From: Chiloscyllium plagiosum
Lineage: Eukaryota
Assembly (NCBI RefSeq): GCF_004010195.1
Contig: NW_025215115.1
Location: 1 to 38,083 of the forward strand
Reading direction: 5' to 3'
Length of the DNA stretch: 38,083 nt
Each line of letters starts with the position of its first letter. Positions within the stretch are counted from its first letter, which is position 1. A program made the position numbers and the translations under genes. The notes beneath the pieces were generated by a model. It saw only the letters and a program-made list of their open reading frames with translations, was not told the origin of the DNA and made no database searches. Below, one piece after another: positions 1 to 10,187 of the stretch.

Positions 1-329
1 TTTAAACTTTGTACAGCCCAGTCCAACACCGGCTCCTCCAAATCACGTCTTATAAGTGAATTCTTAGGTAATGTATGGAGTAAACCTGGAGACATAATTG
101 TAAACCACATTGTTTGTTTCACTTTTATTCTTTGATATGCTGTTATGACCAAGATGGCTCGAAGGGCAGAATGGCCTACACCTGCACCTATTGTCTATTG
201 TCTACCATATAAATGTAATTGTTTCTCCCCTTCCCAATATGCTTTCCCTCAATTAGACTTCGAGTGAAAATATCGGTCAATCAAATTTCTTCAACAAAAT
301 CTTTTGAGTCTTTTTTTTTTACAAAACAG

Positions 330-1185
330 AATATAGAGTTGTACAGCACGGAAACAGACCCTTCGAACTGACTTGTCCACACAAACCAGACATCCTAAAT
401 TATCCTAGTCCCATTTGCCAGTGTTTGACCCATATCCCTCTAAGAGGTAAAGACAATGACTGCAGATGCTGGAATGCTGCCTGAACTGCTGTGCTCTTCC
501 AGCACCACTAATCCATATCCCTCTAAGCCCTTCCTATTCATATACCCATTCAATGTTGTAATTGTACCAGCCTCCACCACTTCCTCTGTCAGCTCATTCC
601 ATACACACACCACCATCTGTGTGAAAAGGTCGCCCCTCAGGTCCCTTTTATATCTTTCCCCTCTCACCTCAAACTTACGCATCTCTCGTTCTGGACTCCC
701 TCCTACCCTAGGGAAAAGATCTTGGCTATTTACCCTATCCAAGCCCCTCACGATTTTATAAACCTCTATAAGGTCACCCCTCAGCCTCTGAAGCTCCAGG
801 GAGAACAGCCCCAGCCTATTCAGCCTCTCCTCGTAGCTCACACCTTCTAATCTTTTCTGAATCCTTTCAAGTTTCATGACATCCTTCCTATAGCAGGGAG
901 ACCAGAATTGAATGCAGTATTCCAAAAGTGGCCGAACCAATGTCCTGTACAGCCGCAACATGACTTGCCAACTACCAAACGTCTTCTTCACTACCATGTC
1001 TACCGGCCGCTCCACTTTCAAGGAGCTATGAACCTGCAGTCCAAGGTCTCTTTGTTCAGCAACACTCCTCAGGACCTTACCATTAAACATACAAGTCCTG
1101 ATTTGCCTGTCCAAAATGCAGCACCTCCCATTTGTCTAAACTAAGCTCAATCTGCCATTCCTCGGCCCATTTGCCCATCTGATCA
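330..1185 (-). mobile_element. 5'-truncated CR1-clade LINE (HER1-like), RT C-terminus plus 3' tail
   Basis: ORF 440..1114(-) contains LYRTLVRPLLEYCIQFWSP and RLRGDLIEVYKI, the CR1 ORF2 C-terminal motifs; the same tail recurs many times in the window. Confidence 0.9.
445..512. mobile_element. Short Penelope-like terminal-repeat fragment inserted in the LINE tail
   Basis: Flanked by 15-bp direct repeat ccatatccctctaag (430-444, 513-527); the insert resembles the repeats at 27400-27600 and 32250-32300. Confidence 0.7.
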
Positions 1186-1435
1186 TTCAAAAAAAGATGC
1201 AGAACTAGAGATCTAAATGTTTACCACTTTTTATTAACTGCACACGTGTACACAGACACACAATAAGCAACAGTAAAGAAATACAGATGTCAGTACAGAG
1301 ATTCTCCTTGGGGATAAAAACATTTCCAGCCGGTTTAGTGATGAAGAAAACAGAGGGTCAGGAATCCCTGCAATTCAGGCCATTCAGCCCATCAAGTCCA
1401 CCTCAACCCACCAAAGAGCATCCTACCCAGACTCA

Positions 1436-1720
1436 TGGGTGGCTCAGTGGTTAGAACCGCTGCTTCACAGTGCTAGGGACCCGGGTTCGAAGCCAGCCTC
1501 CGGGCGACTGTGTGAAGTTTGCACATTCTCCCCAAGTCTGCATGGGTTTCCTCTGGGTCCTCCAGTGGATTGGCCGTGCTAAATTACCCATAGTGCCCAG
1601 GGATGTGTAGGTTAAGTGCATTAGGCAAACATAGGGTAGGGGAATGGGTCCGGGTGGGTTAGTCTTCGGAGAGTCGGGCCGAAGGGCATAATTCCATACC
1701 GTAGGGATTCTAATTCTAAT
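1436..1720 (+). mobile_element. HE1-like V-SINE
   Basis: tRNA-like head (gtggctcagtggttag...gggttcgaa), V-domain-like core tgtgaagtttgcacattctcccc, short-repeat tail. Confidence 0.85.
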
Positions 1721-1739
1721 TCTCTCGGCTCTCTAACCC

Positions 1740-1952
1740 CCCATCCTATACCCCTGCATTCCCCAGGTCTAATTCACTGAACCAACTACAGGCAATTTAC
1801 CTAACCTGCACATCTTCGGACTGTGCGAGGAAACCTACGCAGACACGGAGGGGAAATGTGTAAACTCCACACACACAGTCGCCTAAGGGTTGAATCGAAA
1901 CTGGGTCCCTGATGCTTTAAGGTAGCTATGCTAACCACTGAGCCACCGTGCT
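1740..1952 (-). mobile_element. HE1-like V-SINE
   Basis: Reverse complement of the same SINE (ctaaccactgagccaccgtg at ~1932-1950). Confidence 0.8.
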
Positions 1953-2379
1953 GCTTCCCGCCTCCCACCCCACCCCACCAAACTTGTGTTCATTGGTATA
2001 CCCTGTGTATTCCCAACTAACTAGCTTTTGAACTACAATTCATCATAATATTTCTGAAGATACTTATGTTTCACCCCCTTCAATAACCTCAACCTCATTC
2101 AAATTATGACTTTCTCATAGCAATTATTCCCAATTATGTCCTTCATCTTCTCTCCCTCAATTCCAGAGATGCCAACTGATAAATTGTTACTATAACTATA
2201 CATTTGTCACAACAGAGGTGCTTCAGAAACAGAAGAGATGAGCTCAGCAGCCTACGGTTCAGCAGGCTCCCACCCGCACCCGCCTGACCCAAGACCCAAC
2301 TGCCTGCAAAACCACTGCTCAAACAAAACAACCACCCAAAAAAGCAACCTCTCAACAGTGAGGAAGCAGGCCCAACTAG

Positions 2380-2980
2380 TTCACACCAACCCTCCGAATG
2401 GCACCCCACCCAGACTCACCCCCTTACCCTAGCCCTGTATCCCTCCATTTCCTAGGGCTAACCCACCTAGCCTGCACAGCCCTGGGCACTATGGGTAATT
2501 TAGCATGGCCAATCCACCCTAACCTACACATCCCTAGACCTTATGGGTAAGTTAGCATGGCCAATCCACCCTAACCTACACATCCCTAGACCTTATGGGT
2601 AAGTTAGCACAGCCAATCCACCCTAATCTGTACATCCCTGGGCACTATGGGAAATTTAGCACTATCAATCCACCCTAACCTGCACGTCCCTGGGCACTAC
2701 GGGACAACTTAGCATGCCAATCCACCCTAACCTGCACATCCCTTGGGCACTACGGGACAACTTATCACGCCAATCCACCCTAACCTGCACATCCCCTGGG
2801 CACTACGGGACAATTTAGCGTGGCCAATCCACCCTAACCTGCACATCTTCAGACTGTGGGGACAAACCAAAGCACCCGGAGGAAAGCCACGCAGAGACGG
2901 GGTGGGGGAGAACGTGCAAACTCCACATAGACAGTCACCCGAGGGTGGGATCGAACCCGGGTCCCTAGCGCCGTGTGACG
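2380..2980 (-). mobile_element. HE1-like SINE with an internal ~52-bp minisatellite (~2460-2850)
   Basis: SINE head/core at 2850-2980; about 7 tandem copies of ccctgggcactatgggtaatttagcatggccaatccaccctaacctgcacat. Confidence 0.85.
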
Positions 2981-3267
2981 GCAATACCTCGTACATTTGC
3001 AAAAAGGGCCCTGGATTTAAAACAAATCATTCCATTGTGTCTTTTTCTTTGACTGTTGGGACAGCGAAAAAAATCCACAGAACTCAAAATAAATCAACTT
3101 TCTCACAATAACTCCTCAAAAACGTATTTAACATGAAGCCAATACAGTGAAGTTGTATTGATCAAAAGGAGTTGCGTATTCCGGCAGGTGAACAATGACA
3201 TGCTGGGATTTATTGTTTTGAAGGTTTCTAATGGAATTGAAACGATTTTGAGCTGAGCGCAAAACGA

Positions 3268-3420
3268 GAATCAAAAACAAAAACAGAAGTTGCTGGAAAA
3301 GCTCAGCAGGTCTGGCAGCATCAGTGGACAGAAATCAAAGTGCACGTTTCAGGGTCAGTGATCCTTCCCCAGAGACCTGCTGAGCTTTTCCAGGAATTTC
3401 GCTTTTTTGTTACTGATTCA
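3268..3420. mobile_element. Penelope-like terminal-repeat fragment with inverted arms
   Basis: ctggaaaagctcagcaggtct and agacctgctgagcttttccag are reverse complements; a decayed hammerhead-like core lies between them. Confidence 0.6.
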
Positions 3421-3569
3421 CGGTGTCCGGAGTTCTCAGAAAGGCTTGAACCGGGGAAATGGAATGTGAAAGGAAGAGAAGGAACTTGCAGGACATTGTT
3501 AAATGACAGGAACCAGGGGAGGAAGGAGGCAGAATTAAAAAGATAAAGCTGGGCTGGTAGCAAACCGGG

Positions 3570-4330
3570 GTATGGCGGCTCAGTGGTTAGCACTGCTGCC
3601 TCACGACACCAGGGACCCAAGTTCGATTCCACCCTCGGGCAACTGTCTGGGTGGAGTTTGTGCAATCCCTCCCTGTCTCTGCGTGGGTTCCCTCCGGGTG
3701 CGCCAGTTTCCTCCCACAGGCCAAAGATGTGCAGGTTAGGGTAGATTGGTTGTGCTAAATTACCCATAGTGCCCAGGGATGTGCAGGTTAGGGTGGTTTG
3801 GCCATGCTAAATTACCCATAGTGCCCAGGGATGTGCAGGTTAGGGTGAATTGGCCGTGCCAAATTACCCAAAGTGCCCAGTGATGTGCAGGTTAGGTTGG
3901 TTTGGCCATGCTAAATTACCCATAGTGCCCAGGGATATGTAAGTTAGGGCAGATCGACCATGTTAAATTACCCACAGTGTCCATTACAGGCTTTTGCCTG
4001 AAACACGATTCTCCTGCTCCTCAGATGCTGCCTGACCTGCTGTGCTTTTCCAGCACCACACTCTTGACTCTAATCTCCAATAGTGTCCAGGGATGTGTAG
4101 ATTAGGGTGGATTGGCCATGCTAAATTACCCATAGTGCCCAGGGATGTGCAGGTTAGGGTAGATTGGTTGTGCTAAATTACCCATAGTGCCCAGGGATGT
4201 ACAGGTTAGGGTAGATTGGTTGTGCTAAATTACCCATAGTGCCCAGGGATGTGCAGGTTAGGGTGGTTTGGCCGTGCTAAATTACCCATAGTGCCCAGGG
4301 ATGTGCAGGTTAGGGTGGTTTGGCCATGCT
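3570..4330 (+). mobile_element. HE1-like SINE with an expanded 52-bp minisatellite (~3730-4330), interrupted by a Penelope-like fragment at ~3984-4081
   Basis: SINE head 3570-3720; tandem gatgtgcaggttagggtggattggccatgctaaattacccatagtgcccagg units; insert flanked by agtgtcca (3976-3983, 4082-4089). Confidence 0.85.
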
Positions 4331-4367
4331 AAATTACTCATAGTGCCCAGGGGGGATGATGGTGGGG

Positions 4368-4585
4368 AGGAGGCGATGGCCTAGCTGTATCATCACTGGA
4401 CTGTTAATCCCAGAGAGCCCAGGTAATGCTTTTCAGGGACCCGGTTCACATCCCGCCCAGAACAGTGGACTCAGAATCAGGGTGGGACCCATCTGGGGTT
4501 CATTAATGTCCCTTTAGGGTTGGAAACTGTCGGCTTAACCCGGTCGGGCCTATAGACCCACAGCGATGTGATTTGACTCTCTGGG
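4368..4585 (+). mobile_element. Second tRNA-derived SINE family (SacSINE1/DeuSINE-like), degraded
   Basis: Head ggaggcgatggcctag...gggacccggttcacatcccgcc matches the reverse complement of 6595-6703; family name is from recollection of the consensus. Confidence 0.55.
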
Positions 4586-4674
4586 TAATCAGGGTGGGGG
4601 CCCAGTCCTCATCCTGCCAACGAGTAAAAGAAAGGGCTGACAGGAAGCATCCGAACATGGAGGGAGAGGTCCCT

Positions 4675-5562
4675 TCACTCTGCGTGGCTACTGTGATGTT
4701 TCAGGAGGGTGGAGGACTGGGCGAAGGCCTTGCCGCAGATGGAGCAGGAGAAGGGCCGCTCCCCCGTGTGGACCCGCCGGTGCCTCGCCAGGTTGGAGGA
4801 CTGAGCGAAGGCCTTGCTGCACTCGGGGCAGGGGAAGGGTCTCTCGCCAGTGTGGACCCGCCGGTGGGCCAGCAGGGTGCCAGACTGCCGGAACTCCCGG
4901 CCGCACTCGGGGCAGGGGAAGGGCCTCTCCCCCGTGTGGAGCCGCCAGTGCTTCTGCAGGCTGGAGGCCTCGGCGAAGGCCGTGCCGCACTCGGGGCAGG
5001 CGAAGGGCCTCTCCCCGGTGTGGGCCCGCCGGTGGGTCAGCAGGTGGGAGAGCTGGGCGAAACCCCTCCCGCAATCCGGGCAGCTGAAGGGCCTCTCCCC
5101 GGTGTGGACCCGCCGGTGGGTCCGCAGGTGGGAGAGCCGGCCGAAGGCCTTGCCGCACTCGGGGCAGGGGAACGGCCTCTCCCCGGAGCGCGGCCGCGCC
5201 GCAGGGGGTGCCGCCCCTCCGCGGCCGGGATGGGAGCGCTGGTGGGCCAGGAGGGCGGAGGAGTTGCCGAAGGCCCTCCCGCACTCGGGGCAGCGGAAGG
5301 GCCTCTCGCCGGTGTGGACCCGCCGGTGGGTCAGCAGGTGGGAGGAGTCACTGAAGCCCTTGCCGCACTCGGGGCAGGAGAAGGGCCACTCCCCGGTGTG
5401 GAGCCGCCGGTGGGTGACCAGCGAGGACGAGTTGGTGAAGCCCTTGCCGCACTCGGGACAGGCGAACGGCCGCTCCCCGGTGTGACCGCGCCGGTGGATC
5501 TCCAGCCTGGACGGCGCTTTGAAGCCCTTCCCGCAGTCCGCACATCGCCACGGTCTCTCCAT
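4675..5562 (-). CDS. C2H2 zinc-finger protein, 10 fingers, 295 aa (gene 1)
   Basis: Ten CxxC-x12-HxxxH units with TGERPF-type linkers; ATG at 5562 in Kozak context (accATGg) with an in-frame TGA upstream; Gly/Ala/Pro spacer between fingers 4 and 5; very GC- and CpG-rich. Confidence 0.93.
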   Translation of the reverse strand: MERPWRCADCGKGFKAPSRLEIHRRGHTGERPFACPECGKGFTNSSSLVTHRRLHTGEWPFSCPECGKGFSDSSHLLTHRRVHTGERPFRCPECGRAFGNSSALLAHQRSHPGRGGAAPPAARPRSGERPFPCPECGKAFGRLSHLRTHRRVHTGERPFSCPDCGRGFAQLSHLLTHRRAHTGERPFACPECGTAFAEASSLQKHWRLHTGERPFPCPECGREFRQSGTLLAHRRVHTGERPFPCPECSKAFAQSSNLARHRRVHTGERPFSCSICGKAFAQSSTLLKHHSSHAE

Positions 5563-5859
5563 GGTGCAGGGGGAGGGGTGACCCCACACTCACTCCGATC
5601 TGACCCTCCGCGGACCCTGAACACTCTCTCCCCTCCGCGAGTGGTGAGATACTTTCTCAGGCCAGTCAAAGGTGGGTATGTACCTTGGTTATTTTCACAG
5701 TGGCACAGATGTTTCAAATCTTATCAAGGAGGCAGAGTGCGGACATCATTTCTCCTTCCAGATCGGAAGACTCATGACAATCAGACACCACTTCAGCGCC
5801 ACTGCTGCTTCTCGACGGGATGGTCGGTTTGCAATCTGTCTGCAAGTCGCTCCCTCTTA

Positions 5860-5900
5860 ACATCCTGCAAAAGGTGATCACAGGGTATAAATTCAAAACA
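5860..5900 (-). other. Splice acceptor of the gene 1 coding exon (exon starts at 5864)
   Basis: Minus strand reads tgatcaccttttgcag|gatgttaag. Confidence 0.6.
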
Positions 5901-5924
5901 AATAAGTCTGTCCTCTCCCGTCCA

Positions 5925-6516
5925 GAATCCCTACAGTGCTGAAACAGGCCCAAGTCCACACCGACCCTCCGAAGAGTAACCCATCCAGACCCATTCCCCT
6001 ATTAGTCTACATTTACGACTGACTAACGCACATCCCTGGGCACTATGGGTAATTTAGCACGGCGAATCCACCCTAACCTGCACATCCCTGGCACTAACGG
6101 TAATTTAGCATGGCCAATCCACCCTAACCTGCACATCCCTGGTCACTAGGGGTAATTTAGCCTGGCCAATCCACCCTAACCTGCACATCCCTGGGCACTA
6201 GGGGTAATTTAGCATGGCCAATCCACCCTAACCTGCACATCCCTAGACACATTGGGTAATTTAGCACGGCCAATCCACCCTAACCTGCACATCCCTGGGC
6301 ACTAGGGGTAATTTAGCCTGGCCAATCCACCCTAACCTGCACATCCCTGGGCACTAGGGGTAATTTAGCATGGTCAATCCACCCTAACCTGCACATCCCT
6401 AGACACATTGGGTAATTTAGCACGGCCAATCCACCCTAACCTGCACATCCCTGGGCACTAGGGGTAATTTAGCACGGCCAATCCACCCTCACCTGTACAT
6501 CCCTGGGCACTATGGG
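5925..6516 (-). repeat. HE1-like SINE 3' part with a 52-bp minisatellite (6031-6516, ~9.3 units)
   Basis: catccc recurs at 6031, 6083, 6134, 6186, 6238, 6290, 6342, 6394, 6446 and 6498. Confidence 0.92.
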
Positions 6517-6594
6517 GATATTGGAACATAGAACATTCCAGCGCAGTACAGGCCCTTCGTCCCTCGATGTTGCGCCGACCTGTGGAACCAATCT

Positions 6595-6703
6595 TAATTT
6601 AATTCAAATTCCACCATCTGCTGTGGCGGGATTTGAACCCGGGCCCCCAGAACATTATCTGGGTCAAGAGTCAATTGAAAATACCACTAAGCCATCGCCT
6701 CCC
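6595..6703 (-). mobile_element. tRNA-derived SINE head (same family as 4368-4585)
   Basis: Reverse complement gggaggcgatggcttagtggt...cccgggttcaaatcccgcc with A/B-box-like motifs. Confidence 0.6.
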
Positions 6704-6705
6704 AC

Positions 6706-6801
6706 CCTCAGGGTGCATTGTCGGACGGAGACACACTCTGAACGTGCAGCGAGTGCTGGTGGCGGGGAGTCCTGGTGGCTTGGAACTCAGCGCTCAGGAG
6801 G
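6706..6801 (-). other. Candidate 96-nt 5'-UTR exon 2 of gene 1
   Basis: Non-repetitive island; acceptor gctcacctctgctttcaccag| with CTCAC branch-like motif; donor gagg|gtggga. Confidence 0.45.
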
Positions 6802-7029
6802 CTGGTGAAAGCAGAGGTGAGCAACAAATTCAAAATGAGATGGGCGACGTGAGATGAAACAGACTGCTGAATGAAGAATCACTGCAGGCACAAGTGCTGA
6901 ATGGACTCATTGCAAATTCCAATACCATAGCTAAAAGACTACATTATGAATTTAGAAATTTAATTAACATTACTTGAGGAACATTAGTATTTATGTAGTA
7001 CATAGTTAATGCATTTTTAACACTACACA

Positions 7030-7395
7030 AGTTATAAAATTATGAGGGGCATGGTGAGGATAAATACACAAGGTCTTTTCTTTGTGGTGGGGGAGTCCAG
7101 AACTAGAGGGGCATGGGTTTAGGGTGAGAGGCGGGAAAGATTTAAAAGGGACCTAAGGGGCAACTGTTTCACGCAGAGGGTGGTGCATGTGTGGAATGAG
7201 CTGCCAGAGGAAGTGGTGAAGGCTGGTACAATTACAACATTTAAAAGACATCCGGATGGGTACATGAATAAAAAGGGTTTCAAGTGATGTCGGCCAAGTG
7301 CTGTCAAATGGGCCGAGATTAGGTTAGAACATCTGGTCAGCATGGACAAGTTGGACCGCAGGGTCTATTTCTGTGCTGTACATCTCTATGACTCT
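7030..7395 (+). mobile_element. CR1/HER1-like LINE 3' end
   Basis: Same tail as 330-1185 (tggaatgagctgccagaggaagtggtg...ctctatgactct). Confidence 0.85.
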
Positions 7396-7677
7396 AAGTC
7401 TCTATCTGATGTTATCTTACAGTTCCCTTAAAGCCAGCCATCTCCCAGGGAAATAACTGTAAACATCAGGTGAGAGGCCATCCTTTTAGCGAGACAAATA
7501 AATGCACCGTGTTGAGGGAGGAAAAGAATTTCAACGTCTTTAAAAGAGAGACCTAGACCAACCTTTCCCAGAGTCTACCTCCTCCCTGGATTCAATTCCT
7601 TTCCTTTCAGATCCTGCAAGGCAACAGTTTAACCCCAGGATCAGAAATGGGGTGACAAAAGAGAGTGCTGCGCTCAC

Positions 7678-7775
7678 AGATGTTGGCCAGAGGAAGTTGC
7701 AGCCTGAGGTGAAGCTTAATCTTCATTCAGAGAGAGAGGGAGGAGCAGCACATTCACAAGCCCATAGTCCCCACT
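7678..7775 (-). other. Candidate non-coding exon 1 of gene 1 (donor GT at 7677-7676)
   Basis: Directly downstream of the promoter motifs; donor ccaacatct|gtgagc; the transcription start is not determinable. Confidence 0.55.
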
Positions 7776-7920
7776 TCCGCATTCAGACAATAGGGAGGGT
7801 TCGGATTGGCAGGAGGACCAGACACCTTCCGGTCCTCCAACGTTTACTATTGGTCCATCGGGGCGCGGCCCTTTGTGACGACGCAAACCCCGATCGCCCA
7901 ACACATGCGCTGTCCCCGGA
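7770..7920. promoter_or_regulatory. CpG-rich TATA-less promoter of gene 1
   Basis: ETS-like cores (acttccg 7773, cttccgg ~7826), two ATTGG/CCAAT boxes, TGACG half-CRE, catgcgc NRF1-like half site, palindrome ggaggacc(7812-7819)/ggtcctcc(7831-7838); homologous to the four array promoters. Confidence 0.75.
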
Positions 7921-8124
7921 ACACTGGAATCCTAGAAGGTTTTGCTGCAGTCTGTCCCAGTCTCGTTTGAAAGGGCAGCACTTTGCAACCAGGCGTGTTT
8001 TCAAATAGGGGCCAGCATCAATGCACCCACCCCCTCAGGCACACACACACACACACACGCTGCTGCATTTCATCCTGCTGCATTCCGGGCACCAGCTCCT
8101 TCCTTTGGTGTTGGCATCAAATCC

Positions 8125-9022
8125 GTTGGGATATGGGCCAAGCACTGGCGATTGGGACTGAATTAATTTAGGATATCTGATCGGCGTGGACGAGTTGGAC
8201 CGAAGGGTCTGTCTCCCTGCTGTATATCTCTATGAGTCTAAGTGGTCAGTGTCAAGTAACAAAGGCAAAGGTGTAAATTCCAGAACTAGAGGGGCATAGG
8301 TTTAGGGTCAGAGAGGAAAGATATCAAAGGGACCTGAGGGCAACTTTTTCACACACAGGGTGGTACGTCAATGGAATGAGCTGCCAGAGGAAGTGGTGGA
8401 GGCTGGTACAATTGCAACATTTAATAGGCATCTAATGGGCCAAGTGGGTGAGACGTGGAGCAGCTCAAAGACCCTCCACTAAATCTGGCTCCTTCTGAAA
8501 TACTGTGTGCAGTTCTGGTCACCCTGCTATTGGAAGGATACTATTAAACTGGAGGGGGTTCAGAAAAGGATTTCCCAGGATGTTGCTGGGAATAGAAGGT
8601 TTGAGTTATAAGGAGAGTCTGGGAATTTTTTTCACTGGAGAGTAGAAGATTGAGATGTGACCTTGTAGAGGTTTATAAAATCATGAGGGGCATGGATAGG
8701 GTTAACAGCAAGGGTCTTTTCCTCAGGGTAAGGGAGTTCAAAAGTAGGGGGCGGGGGCATATTTTAAAGTGAGAGGAGAAAGATTTTAAAATGACACGAT
8801 TTTACACAGAGGGTATAGTTCGTGTGTGGAATGCGCTTCCAGAGGAAATGGTGGACGTGAGTCCAGTCACAACGTTTAAAAGATGTTTGGATAAGTACAT
8901 GAACAGGAAATGTTTGGAGGGATATTGTCCAAACGGAGGCATTTGGGACTAGTTTAGTTTGGGGACATGGTCGATGTAGACTGGTTGGTCAGAAGAGCCT
9001 GTTTATGTGCTGGATGACTCTA
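8125..9022 (+). mobile_element. Cluster of CR1/HER1-like LINE 3' fragments
   Basis: tgtgcagttctggtcaccctgctat (QFWSPCY) and repeated LINE tails. Confidence 0.8.
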
Positions 9023-9139
9023 AGTTATGAATAGTGAGAAATGTCTGCACAAAATACAGTTACCCGCTTGAACGCATCAGACAATCTACCCAACCTTGGT
9101 TCGTGTCACACATTCTAACTGGTGACTGAACATTTAAAT

Positions 9140-9500
9140 CTGGGTAGCTCAATGGTTTAGCACTGCTGCTTCACGGTGCTAGGGACTCGGGTCGATCCCA
9201 CCCTCAGACGACTGTCTGTATGGAGTTTGCACATTCTCCCTTTCTTCACCTCGCCCCCCCCCCCCTCAAACCCGTGTCTGCATGGGGTTTCCTCAGGTTT
9301 CCTCCCACAGTCCAAAAAGTATGTGGGTCAGGGTGGATTGTCTGCGCTAAATTGTCCCGTAGCACCCTGGGATGTGGGAGCTAGCTGGATTAGCTACGGC
9401 AAATGTGGGTTACAGGGATACAGTGGGTTGTTCTTCCGAGGGTCAGTGCAGATTTGTTGGGCTGAATGGCCTCTATCTGCCCTGTAGGAATTCTGTGATT
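9140..9500 (+). mobile_element. HE1-like V-SINE
   Basis: Head and core tggagtttgcacattctccc. Confidence 0.8.
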
Positions 9501-9661
9501 CTAATCACTGTCTGTTCAAATACCTTCACAAGTGTGGATTTTGCTACAGTTAAGCAGGATAAACTGATCCTGATGAAAATACCTGCTAAGTGAACATGGT
9601 TTCCTCATCATATTAACTTGTAGTTCAAATGCCCAACTTTCAATTAGCTCTCACTGAATGG

Positions 9662-9935
9662 CATAGAGTCATAGAGATGTACAGCATGGAAACAGACCTT
9701 CAGTCCAACCTGTCTGTGCCAACCCAGATATCCTAATCTAATCTCGTCCCAGTACTTGGCCCATATCCCTCTAAACCCTTCCAATCAGCCTCCACCACTT
9801 CCTCTGGCAGCACATTCCATACACGCACCACCCTCCGTGTGAACACGCTGCCCCTTAGGTCCGTTTGATATCCTTCCTCTCTGATCCTAAACCTATGCCC
9901 CTCTCCTTCTGGACTCCTCCACCTTGGGGAAAGGA
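9662..9935 (-). mobile_element. CR1/HER1-like LINE 3' tail
   Basis: Reverse complement of the LINE tail starting catagagtcatagagatgtacagc. Confidence 0.8.
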
Positions 9936-10187
9936 TCTGCTGTATTATGGTTGATCAGAAAATGCAGGCCTGAACCCTGACTGAGGAATTTGACCACAGT
10001 CAGGATCCTGATCTCCTCCTGAAAGGTTTATCGACTAGTCGTGGCAGAGTTTTTAGCTCTGACCTGAATCTATGTGGAGATCCCTGTTTGAGAGGGTCAC
10101 GTGGAGACAGCTCCCTACCCCAATAAATTACAGACTCTCTACCTCCCTTTCTGTTACTGCTGGTCAATTCATCAAAGGGGGGTCCAT

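Noticed and set aside
440..1114. 224-aa ORF as a host gene or an active LINE
   Set aside because: 5'-truncated CR1 ORF2 tail with internal deletions; no full-length element in the window
1436..1510. tRNA genes at the many gtggctcagtggttag...ggttcgattcc motifs
   Set aside because: These are SINE heads that continue into the V-domain; no complete cloverleaf
2460..2850. Interstitial telomeric repeat
   Set aside because: At most one CCCTAA per 52-bp unit, never in tandem
4573..5877. 434-aa plus-strand ORF and other overlapping ORFs
   Set aside because: Antisense and alternate-frame shadows of the GC-rich, repetitive ZNF exon; no independent domain
6031..6516. CRISPR-like regular repeats (also 2460-2850 and 3730-4330)
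   Set aside because: Head-to-tail 52-bp units with no unique spacers, derived from a SINE; eukaryotic context and no cas genes
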